This document shows positions 44,803-55,600 of a DNA stretch of 64,000 nucleotides, one piece after another (the stretch's first letter is position 1; the number at the start of each line of letters is the position of its first letter). This stretch comes from a virus, in IMG/VR virus record IMGVR_UViG_3300006028_000011, positions 18,239 to 82,238 of that record. One strand, 5' to 3'. Under the pieces are notes generated by a model. It saw only the letters and a list, made by a program, of their open reading frames with translations, searched no databases and was not told the origin of the DNA. A program made the position numbers and the translations under genes.

Positions 44803-45783
44803 TCAGCAGCCGGGCATGTCCTCGGAGAGGTGCGCGTGCGGGACGTTGTGCTGGCCGGACACCCCCTGCGCCTCGGCCCACGCGATGACGGCGAAGGCCC
44901 ACGAGCGCTCGGGCTCGGGGAGGCGGTGCGCGACCCGCTGGAGCCACGCGATCACGGCCGGCGGGGGGATCGGGAAGGGCGGCGGAGCCGGGCTCGGCGT
45001 GGGGGCGGGTGCGGGCGGTGCGTTGCCGCCGATCGAGTCCATGTCCGCGATGAGCGCGTCGAGCGCCAGGCCGCACGGCAGGGCGCGGCTGGAGAGGCGC
45101 TGGTAGTCGGAGGGGATGACGGCGTACTGCTCGCTGAAGTACGTGGCGACGAACGCCCAGGTCGCGCGCTGGAGCTGGCCCCAGGTGACCACCGTGACGC
45201 CGTGCGCGTCATAGCCCAGGATCGGCACGCAGTGCCCTCCGACGATGCCGCCGTCGTCGGAGACCACGTCCCACGCCTTGCCGGCCTGGAACTGGTCGAG
45301 CGCGCTGGCCGGGACGTCGAACCCGCAGTAGAGGCCCGAGAACAGCCAGCAGGCCGCCTGGAGGTCCGCCTGGTTGGCGCTGACTGCCGCCCAGCCGAGG
45401 ATCTTGTCCCCGGCGAGCCCGACGTCGCGCCACTGGGTGAGCGCCTGGACGCAGGTGCCGCCCTGATCGGTGCTCGGGTCGCCAGGGACGTACCCCAGGC
45501 CCTCGTATGCCTTGAGGATGTCGGCGTCGGAGACGATGCGCGGCGAGCCGTCGACCTCGGCGGTGAAGACCTCGGTCATGTGGGCCTGGCCCGCGATGAG
45601 GCAGTCCCCGAGCTGGTCGTTGAGGTCCATCGGCCACGAGGCGATCCCGGCCGTGTAGTTCACCGCCGCCGGGCCGGCTGGGAGGTCGCGCAGGTAGGCG
45701 CGGAGTCGGAGCTGGCGCTGGAGGACGGCGTGCGGGGTCGGGTGGCGGCCGAGGCGGTAGGGGAATGCCGAGGTCGTGGTCAT
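44803..45783 (-). CDS. Papain-like cysteine peptidase
   Basis: NDQLGDC (Cys), GGHCV (His), VTWG. Confidence 0.7.
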   Translation of the reverse strand: MTTTSAFPYRLGRHPTPHAVLQRQLRLRAYLRDLPAGPAAVNYTAGIASWPMDLNDQLGDCLIAGQAHMTEVFTAEVDGSPRIVSDADILKAYEGLGYVPGDPSTDQGGTCVQALTQWRDVGLAGDKILGWAAVSANQADLQAACWLFSGLYCGFDVPASALDQFQAGKAWDVVSDDGGIVGGHCVPILGYDAHGVTVVTWGQLQRATWAFVATYFSEQYAVIPSDYQRLSSRALPCGLALDALIADMDSIGGNAPPAPAPTPSPAPPPFPIPPPAVIAWLQRVAHRLPEPERSWAFAVIAWAEAQGVSGQHNVPHAHLSEDMPGC

Positions 45784-45829
45784 GGTGCTCCTAGGAGAGG
45801 ACTGGTGCAGGGCGTCGGTCGGAGAGGCG

Positions 45830-46291
45830 TCAGGGGCCGCCGGGCGGGCTCGCCTCGGCGGCATCCCGCTCGGCCAACTCGGCAGCGCGCTGGGCGGCCG
45901 GGTCGCCTGGGTTCTCGGTGGCCACGCGACGCGCCAACGCGGCCATCACCTCGAGCATCTTCGAGCGCTGGCTGTTGACGATGACGTGGGTCGCCCGCCC
46001 GGTCGCCGCGATCGAATCGAGTTGGCTGCTCTGGTTCCGCGCCGCGCGGACCAGTTCGGCGGCGGCGGTTGCCGCCGCGGCCTGGGCGTGAGCGGCGTCG
46101 ACCCGAGCCTGGACGGTGGCGAGTTGCGCCTGCGCCGCATCCGCCTGGGCGCGACGCGCATCCTGTGCAGCCGCCTCCTGTGCCTTGCGCGCGGCGCGCG
46201 TGGTGACGACGGCCGACAGCACCCCGCCCATCGACGAGCCCCCGAAGGCGATCAGGGCGAGGATGATCAGGACGACTGGCGAGCCTGCGAT
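45830..46291 (-). CDS. TM plus coiled-coil lysis-region protein (start uncertain; first ATG at 46231)
   Basis: In-frame hydrophobic segment upstream of the first ATG. Confidence 0.5.
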   Translation of the reverse strand: MAGSPVVLIILALIAFGGSSMGGVLSAVVTTRAARKAQEAAAQDARRAQADAAQAQLATVQARVDAAHAQAAAATAAAELVRAARNQSSQLDSIAATGRATHVIVNSQRSKMLEVMAALARRVATENPGDPAAQRAAELAERDAAEASPPGGP

Positions 46292-46297
46292 GCTGGG

Positions 46298-46750
46298 TCA
46301 CCTCCCGGGTGGCGCGACGCGAGGCGGGCGTCGGGACAGGACGAGCGCCGCCGCGCGCTGCGAAGCCTCCAGGGCGATGGACTGGACGGCCACCAGCACG
46401 GCGAGGACGAGCAGGGCGACGACCACCGCCAGGCCACCCGCCGCGAGAGGACGTCTGGGCAGCGTGGGCGGGACGGTGGCGGCCACCACTCCCGCAGCCA
46501 GGCCGGCAAGCACCATGAGCAGGCCGCAGGTGCGAGCGATGGCCTGGCCCCAAGCGTAGCGGCGCTCGGCCGCGGCATCTTCGGCGCGGCGGACGACGAG
46601 CCAGCCGTGCCAGGCCCTCGCTGCCAGCGGCAACACGAACAGCGCCGAGACGACAAAGCTCCCGCCCCAGAGCAGCACGGCACCCGTGAGGCCGGGCAGG
46701 CCGGGCACGGCGAACGGGAGCGGCCCGAGCACGGACCTCCACCAGGTCAC
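46298..46750 (-). CDS. 3-TM membrane protein (holin candidate)
   Basis: Three hydrophobic segments. Confidence 0.5.
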   Translation of the reverse strand: MTWWRSVLGPLPFAVPGLPGLTGAVLLWGGSFVVSALFVLPLAARAWHGWLVVRRAEDAAAERRYAWGQAIARTCGLLMVLAGLAAGVVAATVPPTLPRRPLAAGGLAVVVALLVLAVLVAVQSIALEASQRAAALVLSRRPPRVAPPGR

Positions 46751-46943
46751 GGGTCCCTCCAGAGCCCTGCTGCCCGTAGCTGTGCCCGGATGCGCTCCAG
46801 CTCGCGCGCCTGCTCGTCCTGGCGGCCCTCAGATCGCCGCTGCTGCGTGTCGGCGGGGTGCGACGGTGGCGGGGCCCGGCGCAGGCGGCGGACCCACAGG
46901 ATCAGGCTCCACGCGAGGGCCCTGAACCAGCGCAGGCACCGCC

Positions 46944-47177
46944 TCACGACGCCAACGACCGGCCCTGCGTCTCCCGAAGGAGGCTCAAGGCCTGGTCGAA
47001 TAGATCCTGCTGGCGCGTCAGGGTCGCCTCCTGCCGCGCGATCAGCGCGTCGCGGTAGTCGATCTCGCGCTTCACGGCGATCCTCCCCCCGAGCAGCAGG
47101 CCCACGAACGTCAGTAGCAGGAAGATGGCGTCCGGGCCGCCGCTCTGGACGATGTGGATGACGTCGCTCAGGGACAC
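46944..47177 (-). CDS. Small TM plus coiled-coil protein (holin-like)
   Basis: N-terminal TM; directly follows the endolysin. Confidence 0.55.
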   Translation of the reverse strand: MSLSDVIHIVQSGGPDAIFLLLTFVGLLLGGRIAVKREIDYRDALIARQEATLTRQQDLFDQALSLLRETQGRSLAS

Positions 47178-47195
47178 CGGCAGTCATGGGCCTCC

Positions 47196-48344
47196 CTACG
47201 TGTCGTGGCCCGTCGTCACGTCGACGCCGAGGTGGCCGCCGAGCACATGCACATGCGCGTCCACGCCCGCGACGGCCGCCTGCAGCGCGCTCAGGTCTGC
47301 CGGGGTGCCGCCGGCCTGCGCCGCCGCCACGCCGTCCAGCTCGGTCTTCACAGCCGCCTGGGCCGCGGCGAGGGCGGCAAGGGCTGAGGCGCTGGCCGCG
47401 TTGGAGGAGAGCGCGTCGATGGCCTCCTGTTCCAGGCCCTCGGCGCTGAGCAGCGCGGCGAGCTGGGCATCGTGGGCGGCCAGCCGGTCGGCGATCCACG
47501 AGGGCGCGCCCACGGGCTTGTTCCCGTCCGGGTCCAGCCAGGCGCCGGCCATGCCGTAGGTGGCGGCGCCGTGGGCGTCCGCGCGCAGTTGCTTGACGAT
47601 GGGGTCCTGGGGGTCGAGGCCGACGAGGCCCATGGGGTCACCTCCGTAGAGCAACGAGGCGAACGAACCGCGCAGCATGATCGAGACGTCGCAGGGCCCC
47701 GACACGCCGGCCACCGAGGCGCGGTCGGTCTCCTGCCACATGACCGGCGCCAGGCCGAGCTCGTCGGGCGCGGCCACGCCGTACTCGGCCACCCACCACG
47801 GCCAGGTCGTCGCCAGCGGGCCGAGAGCGTGCGGGCCGACGAACGACGTCGAGCAGTACCAGGGCGGCGGGTAGTCGGAGGGTCCCACGGCCGACAGGTA
47901 GGTCGCAGCCCAGTCGCGGGCCGCGCCGCCCGGCGGCCACGCCAGCGCGCCCGGGTCGTTCTCGCAGTCGCTGGCGAGGCCTCGGCCAGGCGGGAGCGGC
48001 CCCACGATGGAGTTGCACATCGCGGCCTCGTCGACCGCCCGGTTGTACGCCGGGTAGTTGAACCAGTAGGCCATCCAGGGCAGGCCCGCGGCGTCTGCCT
48101 TCGCCCGGTTCTCTGCGAAGCGCAGGTCGGCGCGCACCGTCCCGAAGCCGGCACGGAGGATGACGCCGGCGGCGCCCGCATTCTTGACGGCTCCCATGTC
48201 GACGGGGCCGTTGTACTCGCTGAAGTCCGGCACCCACTCGCCGCCCACCGCCGCCAAGCTGGCCGCGGTGTGGTGGCGGCGGACGCGGAAGCCGAACTCG
48301 TGGCGCACGCCGGGGTGGGCCGAAGCGGGGACGGGGTGGGTCAC
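47196..48344 (-). CDS. Endolysin, glycoside hydrolase family 25, with helical C-terminal domain
   Basis: PDFSEYNG.VD, ILRAGFG, AYWF, DCE (DxE), WVAEY, MWQ.T, CDVS. Confidence 0.88.
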   Translation of the reverse strand: MTHPVPASAHPGVRHEFGFRVRRHHTAASLAAVGGEWVPDFSEYNGPVDMGAVKNAGAAGVILRAGFGTVRADLRFAENRAKADAAGLPWMAYWFNYPAYNRAVDEAAMCNSIVGPLPPGRGLASDCENDPGALAWPPGGAARDWAATYLSAVGPSDYPPPWYCSTSFVGPHALGPLATTWPWWVAEYGVAAPDELGLAPVMWQETDRASVAGVSGPCDVSIMLRGSFASLLYGGDPMGLVGLDPQDPIVKQLRADAHGAATYGMAGAWLDPDGNKPVGAPSWIADRLAAHDAQLAALLSAEGLEQEAIDALSSNAASASALAALAAAQAAVKTELDGVAAAQAGGTPADLSALQAAVAGVDAHVHVLGGHLGVDVTTGHDT

Positions 48345-48541
48345 GGGATGCCGCAGCTGGGGTTCCGCAGTGGGAGCAGCGGGCGGACGGATGGCGAAGG
48401 CGGTGTGGTCGGGGATGGAGAGCCGAACGAGGGCGGCGCGGAGACCGGCGCCCTGCCGCTCGGGGTCGCCAGGGAGCGGGTCGCCGGGCCGGCGCAGGCC
48501 GCCGAGGCGAGGATCGCGAGGGCGAGGAGAGCGGGTCTCAC
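48341..48541 (-). CDS. Small Pro/Ser-rich lipoprotein
   Basis: MRPALLALAILASAAC lipobox; GTGA overlaps on both sides. Confidence 0.55.
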   Translation of the reverse strand: MRPALLALAILASAACAGPATRSLATPSGRAPVSAPPSFGSPSPTTPPSPSVRPLLPLRNPSCGIP

Positions 48542-48876
48542 GACTCGTCGACGAGCAGCTTGTGGAGCTCGCCAGCGGCGCCCCCGTCCGTCCAGCCATT
48601 CCACTGGCCAGTGGCGGCCCCATACGAGTTCTCCCAGATGCGGCCGTCCTCGCCGAGGAGGATCACGATCAGCGCGCTGCCGTCTCCCATCCACTCGGCG
48701 TCGATGGCGCCCCCGCCGCCGCCGAGCGACTCCCAGACCGGCAGGTGCTCCCGGTCGGGCGAGGGCCCCAGCCACCAGACGGCGTGCGTGTCGCCGGCGT
48801 CCGGTGCGACGGCGAAGTAGTCGACGCGCTGGCTGCCCGGCTGGCAGGCGATGGCGATCGGCTGGAAGAGCGGCAT
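48538..48876 (-). CDS. Hypothetical protein (lectin-like repeat candidate)
   Basis: Trp-rich WESLGG motif; AAGGAGG SD. Confidence 0.55.
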   Translation of the reverse strand: MPLFQPIAIACQPGSQRVDYFAVAPDAGDTHAVWWLGPSPDREHLPVWESLGGGGGAIDAEWMGDGSALIVILLGEDGRIWENSYGAATGQWNGWTDGGAAGELHKLLVDES

Positions 48877-48914
48877 GCGGGCCTCCTTGGGGCAGGGCGG
48901 GGCAGGAGCGGGCG

Positions 48915-49343
48915 CTACGTCAGCACCCGCCAGGCGAAGCGGTAGGTGGTCGACGGCGCCAAAGGCCCGCTGACCCCAAGGCCGAAGCCGGTGAGCAGGC
49001 CCTGGGCGTGGATCAGGCCCGCGGCCACGATGACGCCGGCGGGCGGGGCCGGGGGCGCCACGATGCAGACCACGACCACGGGGACGCGCACGTGGGCGGT
49101 GGCATTCGTGGCGCCGGGGTAGCCCTGCGCTGCCAGCTGCTGCGTGGCGACGTCCTGGTCGGCAAGCACGCCGGCGGCCAGGTGGATCGTGGCCAGCACG
49201 CCGGCGGCCAGCCCGGACGCGCCGGTCGCGATCGCCGCTACGCCGTCGAGGCCGTCGGTGCTGACGATGGGCAGCCCGGCCGTCGCCCCAGCTCCCGCGG
49301 CCGCGCCGGGAGCGATGGTGACGCCCCCGTTGAGGTTGGCCAT
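48915..49343 (-). CDS. Minor tail/structural protein
   Basis: Follows the tail genes; beta-rich composition. Confidence 0.5.
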   Translation of the reverse strand: MANLNGGVTIAPGAAAGAGATAGLPIVSTDGLDGVAAIATGASGLAAGVLATIHLAAGVLADQDVATQQLAAQGYPGATNATAHVRVPVVVVCIVAPPAPPAGVIVAAGLIHAQGLLTGFGLGVSGPLAPSTTYRFAWRVLT

Positions 49344-49347
49344 CAGG

Positions 49348-51162
49348 TCAGGTCGCGTGCTGCGCGAGCCACTCGGTGACGCGCTGGATCCGCTGCAGGC
49401 CCTGCTGCGGGAGGGCCCGCATGGGGAACTGGTTGAAGTAGACCGGCATGGTTGCCCGCCCCTCTGTGAAGTCCCAGCCGATCACCTGCAGGGACTGCCG
49501 GTTGATCCGGAGCGAGGGGTGGTCGACCAGCAACCTGTCGTAGAGGCCGAACTGCTCCGCCACGTCCGGGGTGCGGACGACGCCGATCTGGTACGCGGTG
49601 AGCGGGGAGGCCTTCCTGGCGCCGATCTGGATCGCGTTCGCCAGCTGGAGCGAGGCGCCGGGCGCGGCCACGTCGGTCACGGTGTCGGTGAGCACCAGAT
49701 CCCCAACGCTCGCGATGGGACCGCCCGGCCACTCGATCACGCCGCCGCTGCTGTCGCCCGGGACCGCGGAGTACCGTGTGACCGTCGAGTACATGTCCGC
49801 CACGGGTCCGACCATCGTGCCCTGGGCGACGATGTTCTCCCCCTCCCTGAGCACGATCTGTGCCGTCCGGTCGGTGCCCAGGTTGCCGTAGGTGAGGGTG
49901 TCGCCCTTGTATCCGCGCCCCGTGGTCTTCAGCGCCACGAACCCGTCCAGGCTCATGGCGAGCTGGATGATGTCGAGGTGGGTCTGGTTCTGGCTCGTGA
50001 TCTGCGGGATGACCGCGGTGGTCCCGGTGGTGGTGCCGACCTGGAAGCGGTTGGTGCCCCATGTGCCTGGCGTGCCGTACTGGCCGGTCCGGCTCTCGAA
50101 GCGGATGCGGTTTACGTACTGGGTGCTCGCACCGCTGGACGTGGGCCGGATGCCGATTCGCCCGCTGGTGATGCCGCCCAGGGAGGCGAGCGGAATGGCC
50201 AGGCCGCTGTCCTTCCCGTTCAGGAAGCACTTGACCATGTAGTTGCTGCCGCTCTGGAAGAGCGTCACGCTGAAGTGGAACGGAAAGGTGCTCGACAGCA
50301 GGCCCGTGAACACGTTGCCGGCCGCCCCCTGCAGCGTGAAGGAGCCGCCGCTCTCCGTCCAGACCTTCACGGCCACCGAGTAGGTGCCGCTCACGAACGT
50401 GGTCACGAACTCGGCGAGGAACCCGTTCTGGGCTGTGGCGTCGCTCAGCCAGAGGATGCCGCAGCCACCGGAATTCGTCACGTTGGTGTCGGCCGCGATC
50501 GTGCCCCAGATCGAGAGCTGTGACGCGTAGGCGTCCGAGGGGTGGCTCGGCCAGTTGTACTGGGCGCCGGCGCTCCAGCTGGTCGGGGCCAGCATCACCG
50601 CGAAGCCGGTGCTGCTGATCCCCTGCAGCCCGAACTGCGGGTCGGCGGTCACGTTCGAGATGGACCCGCTGACCACGTTCTGGGACCCGATGTGCAGCCA
50701 GGCGTCGTAGACCACCTCGCGGGTGGCCGAGAAGAGCTGGATGAGCTTCGCCGGCGCCGCCCCGGGCCCGATCGTCTCGCCCGGGAACAGCTGCGACTGC
50801 TGGAGCCACCACAGGGTGTCGGAGCCGTGGACCACCCAGGGCCCATCGGCCGGCCTCTCGATCGAGGTGATGACCCCCGACTGGTACGGCGTCGTCGCGC
50901 CGGGGCTGGCCCAGTACGCCTCGACGCGCTGGCCCTTGTCCAGGGCGTCGTACATGGCGGACGCCGAGCGCCCCTCGTTGCTCGAGGGCGGGTGGAGGGG
51001 CAGGGTGAACTCGCCCAGCGAGGCCGATCCCGTGACGCCCGGCTGGAGGCCCCGGACCTTCCACTGCGACCGGTGGAGGTGTGGCAGGTCGCCGACGACC
51101 TCGCCGCCGGCGTTGCTGTCCACGATCCGGTAGTTGAGGTAGCCGAGGACAGGGCTCGCCAT
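49348..51162 (-). CDS. Tail tip/hub (Tal-like) protein with beta-rich insertion
   Basis: 604 aa, second gene after the TMP; Ser/Thr/Gly-rich. Confidence 0.6.
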   Translation of the reverse strand: MASPVLGYLNYRIVDSNAGGEVVGDLPHLHRSQWKVRGLQPGVTGSASLGEFTLPLHPPSSNEGRSASAMYDALDKGQRVEAYWASPGATTPYQSGVITSIERPADGPWVVHGSDTLWWLQQSQLFPGETIGPGAAPAKLIQLFSATREVVYDAWLHIGSQNVVSGSISNVTADPQFGLQGISSTGFAVMLAPTSWSAGAQYNWPSHPSDAYASQLSIWGTIAADTNVTNSGGCGILWLSDATAQNGFLAEFVTTFVSGTYSVAVKVWTESGGSFTLQGAAGNVFTGLLSSTFPFHFSVTLFQSGSNYMVKCFLNGKDSGLAIPLASLGGITSGRIGIRPTSSGASTQYVNRIRFESRTGQYGTPGTWGTNRFQVGTTTGTTAVIPQITSQNQTHLDIIQLAMSLDGFVALKTTGRGYKGDTLTYGNLGTDRTAQIVLREGENIVAQGTMVGPVADMYSTVTRYSAVPGDSSGGVIEWPGGPIASVGDLVLTDTVTDVAAPGASLQLANAIQIGARKASPLTAYQIGVVRTPDVAEQFGLYDRLLVDHPSLRINRQSLQVIGWDFTEGRATMPVYFNQFPMRALPQQGLQRIQRVTEWLAQHAT

Positions 51163-52631
51163 CAGCCCATCACCCAGCGAGCGTTCCGGATGTCGTACAT
51201 CATCTCGTCCCAGGCTTGGAGGGCCAGGCCGCCCGCCGTGATCACGTTCGGGGTGCCCGTGTACGGCCAGGCGAAGATGCCGTACAGCTTGTAGGCGCCG
51301 CCCGTGGGCCCGGCGCTGTCGCCATACCCGAAGACCGTGTTCGATGACAACCGCCCCTGCGCTGTGGTCGGCGGGTTCTGATACAGCCAGCCGAACACAG
51401 GCGAGCCGGTGGCGCTGGCCTGGACGGCGGCGTAGCCCGAGCCGGGCGACACGGGCAGGTTTGACGGGAAGGTGGTCGACGTGCCGGTGTCATTGAACCC
51501 GGTGGCGTACGCGCTCGCGGTGGACCACAGGAGCGAGAGCTGGTTGCTGCTGGTCGCGACCGGCCAGAACTCGATGGGGACGTCGCGGTGCCCGAACAGC
51601 AGCCGCAGCCTGAACAGCGACCAGGCGCCCGCCGAGGTGCTGGCCCGCAGATGCAGCCGGGCCTCCCAGGGCGAGACACGGTCCAGGTCGATCGAGCGCA
51701 GCGTGCCGGTGTTGCTGCTCCCGTCCTGCCACTGGACGCTCCCGAGGAGATGCCACGCCGGGGTGCCCAACGAGGTGTCCCAGAGATACACCGAGCAGAG
51801 CTGGCCCTGGCCGGGCTGGAAGAGCAGGAGCAGGACCCCGTTGGTCACCACGGTGTCCCCGGTGAAGTCGTGCCCGGTGCCGTAGACCTTCACCCAGCTC
51901 GGGTGGACGAACCCGCCGCTGGTGGGAACCGGGTTGCTCGCGGTGTTCTGGGTGTCCCAGCAGGTGACGTCGCCCGTCCACAGGGCCGCGACGGTGGCCG
52001 GGCGGGCGAACGGCACGTACGGCGAAGGCGCGTTGCCCAGGAAGCTGATCGGGATCACGCCCTCGGCGCCGGCGCGCGTGCCTGGGCCCGGCTGCGCGCT
52101 GGAGCCGACCGGGAAGGCCACGACGCACGACTGCCCAGGCGTGTAGCTGGTCGACAGCGGCGCCCCTTGGATGGCGAGCGCGAGGGCGGAGGGCGAGGCC
52201 GGGCTGACAGCGGACGCCGTCACCTCGACCGCCGCCCAGCCGGCACCCTCCGTGTTCATGTCCGGCCGGACGTTCTCGATGACCCACCAGCCGTCGTCCG
52301 GATCCGCGGCGAGCACCCCGTTGCCGGCTCGCCACTGCACGTAGGCCGGGTTGAGGTCGGGGTTATCCGCCAGCTCCTGCAGCTGGCGGACCAGCGTCCT
52401 CAGCGCGCCCGGGCTGCTCGGCGCGGCGCCCCCCAGCAGGCCGGGAGCCTCGACGTAGATCGTCTCCTGCCGCTGGCGCTTCTGGCCGCCGGTGGGGTAG
52501 ATGATCGTGCGGGCCCCGTAGACCAGCTCCGAGCCGATCGTCTGTCCCGGCTGGCCCCAGGTGTTCGTCTGCAGGGGCGCGCCGGCGAGGTTCGCCCCGT
52601 TGGGGCCGAGGTCGAGGTCGTTGATGATCAC
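51162..52631 (-). CDS. Distal-tail-position minor tail protein
   Basis: 489 aa, GTGA overlap with the TMP stop. Confidence 0.6.
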   Translation of the reverse strand: MIINDLDLGPNGANLAGAPLQTNTWGQPGQTIGSELVYGARTIIYPTGGQKRQRQETIYVEAPGLLGGAAPSSPGALRTLVRQLQELADNPDLNPAYVQWRAGNGVLAADPDDGWWVIENVRPDMNTEGAGWAAVEVTASAVSPASPSALALAIQGAPLSTSYTPGQSCVVAFPVGSSAQPGPGTRAGAEGVIPISFLGNAPSPYVPFARPATVAALWTGDVTCWDTQNTASNPVPTSGGFVHPSWVKVYGTGHDFTGDTVVTNGVLLLLFQPGQGQLCSVYLWDTSLGTPAWHLLGSVQWQDGSSNTGTLRSIDLDRVSPWEARLHLRASTSAGAWSLFRLRLLFGHRDVPIEFWPVATSSNQLSLLWSTASAYATGFNDTGTSTTFPSNLPVSPGSGYAAVQASATGSPVFGWLYQNPPTTAQGRLSSNTVFGYGDSAGPTGGAYKLYGIFAWPYTGTPNVITAGGLALQAWDEMMYDIRNARWVMG

Positions 52632-55600
52632 GTGGCCGCCATCAGCCCGCTCAGGCGGCCGTCCTGGATGCGCTGGACCAGCTCGGCGAACTCCTCGTTG
52701 CCGAGCTGGATGTGGGTGTGGAGCTCGACGGTCGGGCCCGACCCGGACCCCGAGCTCGGGTAGGCCGGCGCCAGGGACACCGCGCCGGCGCCCTGGTTCA
52801 CCGTGCTCAGCGGGACGATCAGCTCCGGGCCGGCCTCGCCGACCATCGCCAGCGTGGGACGCGTGACGATGCCGCCGCCGGCGAACCCGGGGACGCCGGC
52901 GGCGTGAGCCAGGCCGGCCACGCCGGGGACGCTCTTGGCCGCGGAGACGAACCCGTTCAGCTTGTCGGCCGCCCCGCCGACGAGGTCGGCGATCCTCTGG
53001 ATGATCGGGCCGAACGTGCCCGAGAGCCACGAGCCGAACCCCTGCAGGGCGTGCCAGACCTCGTTCGCGGCGCTGGCCACCTGGTTCCAGTGGGTGATCA
53101 GCAGGGCGACCAGCCCGATCGTCATCGTGATCGGGCCGCCGAGGAGGCCGATCGCCAGGGCGAGCACGCGGTGCTTGTCGATGAAGTCGGAGATCGAGGC
53201 GGCCGCCTTCTTGATCCAGTCCCAGACCAGGCTCAGCCACTGCACCACCTGCTTCCAGTGGGTGATCAGGACGACGATCCCGACCACGAGGAGGGCGATC
53301 CCGATGATCACCAGGGAGATCGGGTTGGCGTTGAGCGCGGCGTCGAGCAGCCACTGGGCAGCCATCCAGGCGAGCGTGGCCACGCGTACGACGCCGAGGG
53401 CGAGGGCGGCCGCCAGCCAGCTCGCGGCCGAGAGCGCGGCCTGAGCGGCGGCGGCCGCCGCGGTGGCGACGAAGCTGCCGATCGCAGCGGCGCTGGAGAG
53501 GGCCCAGCCGGCCTTCATCGACACCTGGGCGGCGATCCACACCGCGGCCGATCGGACCGCCTGCACACCAGCGGCCACCGCCGTCGCCACGAACGAGGCC
53601 ACCGCGGCGGCTCGCGCCGCCACCCAGGAGGCGGCCGTCTGCGCCGCCGCAACCCCGGCCGCCGCCGCCGTGCGTGCGTAGGACGCCATGGCGGCAAGCT
53701 CGGCCGCCACCCAGCCAGCCGCGATCTTGATCTGGGCGCCGAGCCACACGAGCACGGCCGCGACGGAGTTGGGGTTGGCCTCGGCCACCGTGGCCACGTA
53801 GCTGGCGGCCGCCTTGGCCTGGGTCGCCACCCAACCCGCGGCGATCTTCGCTTGAGCGGCCAGCCAGGCCACCGCCGTCTTCGTCGACTCGATGCCCGCC
53901 GCGACGGTGGTGGCGACGAACGACGTGGTGGCGGAGGCCGCCGTGGTCACCCACGCCGCCGCCGACCGCCCAGCGGACGCGACCCAGGCCGCGGCGGTCT
54001 TGCCGCCCTCGACGACTGCCGCCTTGCTCATCGAGGCGAAGTTGCCGGCGGCGTCGAGGGCCCCCTGCCCGAAGCCCTTGGCCCAGCCGAGGGCATCCTG
54101 CATCCCCGTCGTGACGCCGAGCGCGGACATCACCGCCTCGGTCTTGCCGATGTTCGTGGCGACCGTGGCGAAGTTGGTCGCCCAGACCCCGATGGTCTGC
54201 GCCAGCTCGATCGCCTTCAGCGCGCCGAAGCCGATCGCCAGGGCCGTCACGAGCGGCACCAGGATGTTCGAGTGGTCGGACACGAGCTGGAGCGCCGGCC
54301 CCAGGGTCGAGCTCAGCCCCTGGGCGAGGTCCAGCACGATCGGACCGGCGATCTTCAGCGCGGGGACGAAGTCCGTGCTCATGGACGACCCGATGCTCTT
54401 CAGCGCCGGCCCGATCTGGGACGCCGCCTGCTGTACGGTCTGGACGATCTGAGCCAGCTGGGCGCCGATCGTGGAGGCCGTCCCGCTGTCCATCCCCAGG
54501 GCCATCAGGAAGCCGGTGGCTCCGCCGGCGACGCCCGCGCCCTGCGCCCCCTGGGCCGTCCGCGTGACGATGTTCGTGATGGCGTCGGCCACCCGGTTGG
54601 CGGTGCTCTCGATACCGGGCATGGCGTTGGCCACCATTCCCAGCACCACGTTCGCGATCGGCATCAGCTTCTCGCCGAGCTCGACCCGCCACGCCTCGAA
54701 GCCGGCTCGCACCTGGTCGACGCGGGAGTTCAGCGTGGACATGGTGTCCGACACGTCCGAGCCGAAGCGGGCCTGCCCCTCGTTGATCATGTCGAACTTC
54801 GACTTCAGGGTGTCCAGGTGCTGGACCATCGACATGATCGCGGCGCCGCTCCGGCCGCCGCCGAAGGCCCTGGACAGCACGGCGGCCGTCTCGTCGGCCG
54901 AGAGCCCCGCCTTCTGCATGTGGTTGACGAGGTCCTGCAGGGCGACCTGGATGCCGTCCGGCCTCCGCAGGTCGGCCGACAGCTGCGTGGTCGTGACGCC
55001 CGACTTGCGGAGCGCCTCCTCCATCGCGGAGGTGCGCTGTCCGACCTCCGACTGGGTCAGCCCGAGGTCCTTCATGATCCCGGCCGCCGCCTTGGTCGGA
55101 GCGCCCAGCAGGGTGATGCTCATCTTGAGCCGGGTCGCCGCCTCGTCCGCGCTCGCTCCTCGGTCCGTCAGGTAGGCGAGGGCCGCGCCCATCGACTGGA
55201 TGGAGACCCCGAACGTCTCGCCCGCGGCCAGGAACCCGGTCGAGATGGCGGCGTTCAGCGACTGGAACTTCATGTCGCCGGCGCCGACGATCGCGTTCAG
55301 GGTGGCCATCGTGGCCTGGGCCTGGGCGCCCTTCAGCCCGAACGTGTTCATCGTCGAGGTCAGGGCGTAGGCCGTGTCGTCGAGGTTGGCCATCCCGACC
55401 TTGGCCCCGTCCGCGGCCACCTTCAGGATGGAGATCGCCTCGGCGCCCCGGTAGCCGACGCTGGTGACGTGGTACAGGCCCTCGGCCAGCTGGTCGGGCC
55501 CGATCCCGACCGTCGGCGCCAGCGCCAGGACCTGCTGCCCGAGCCAGGCGATGTCGTCCGAGGTGTCGTGCGCCTGGGTGCGCACGAGCATCATCTGGCT

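Noticed and set aside
53380-54020. Repetitive Ala/Trp-rich DNA
   Set aside because: Ordinary tape-measure helical repeats, not a separate repeat element
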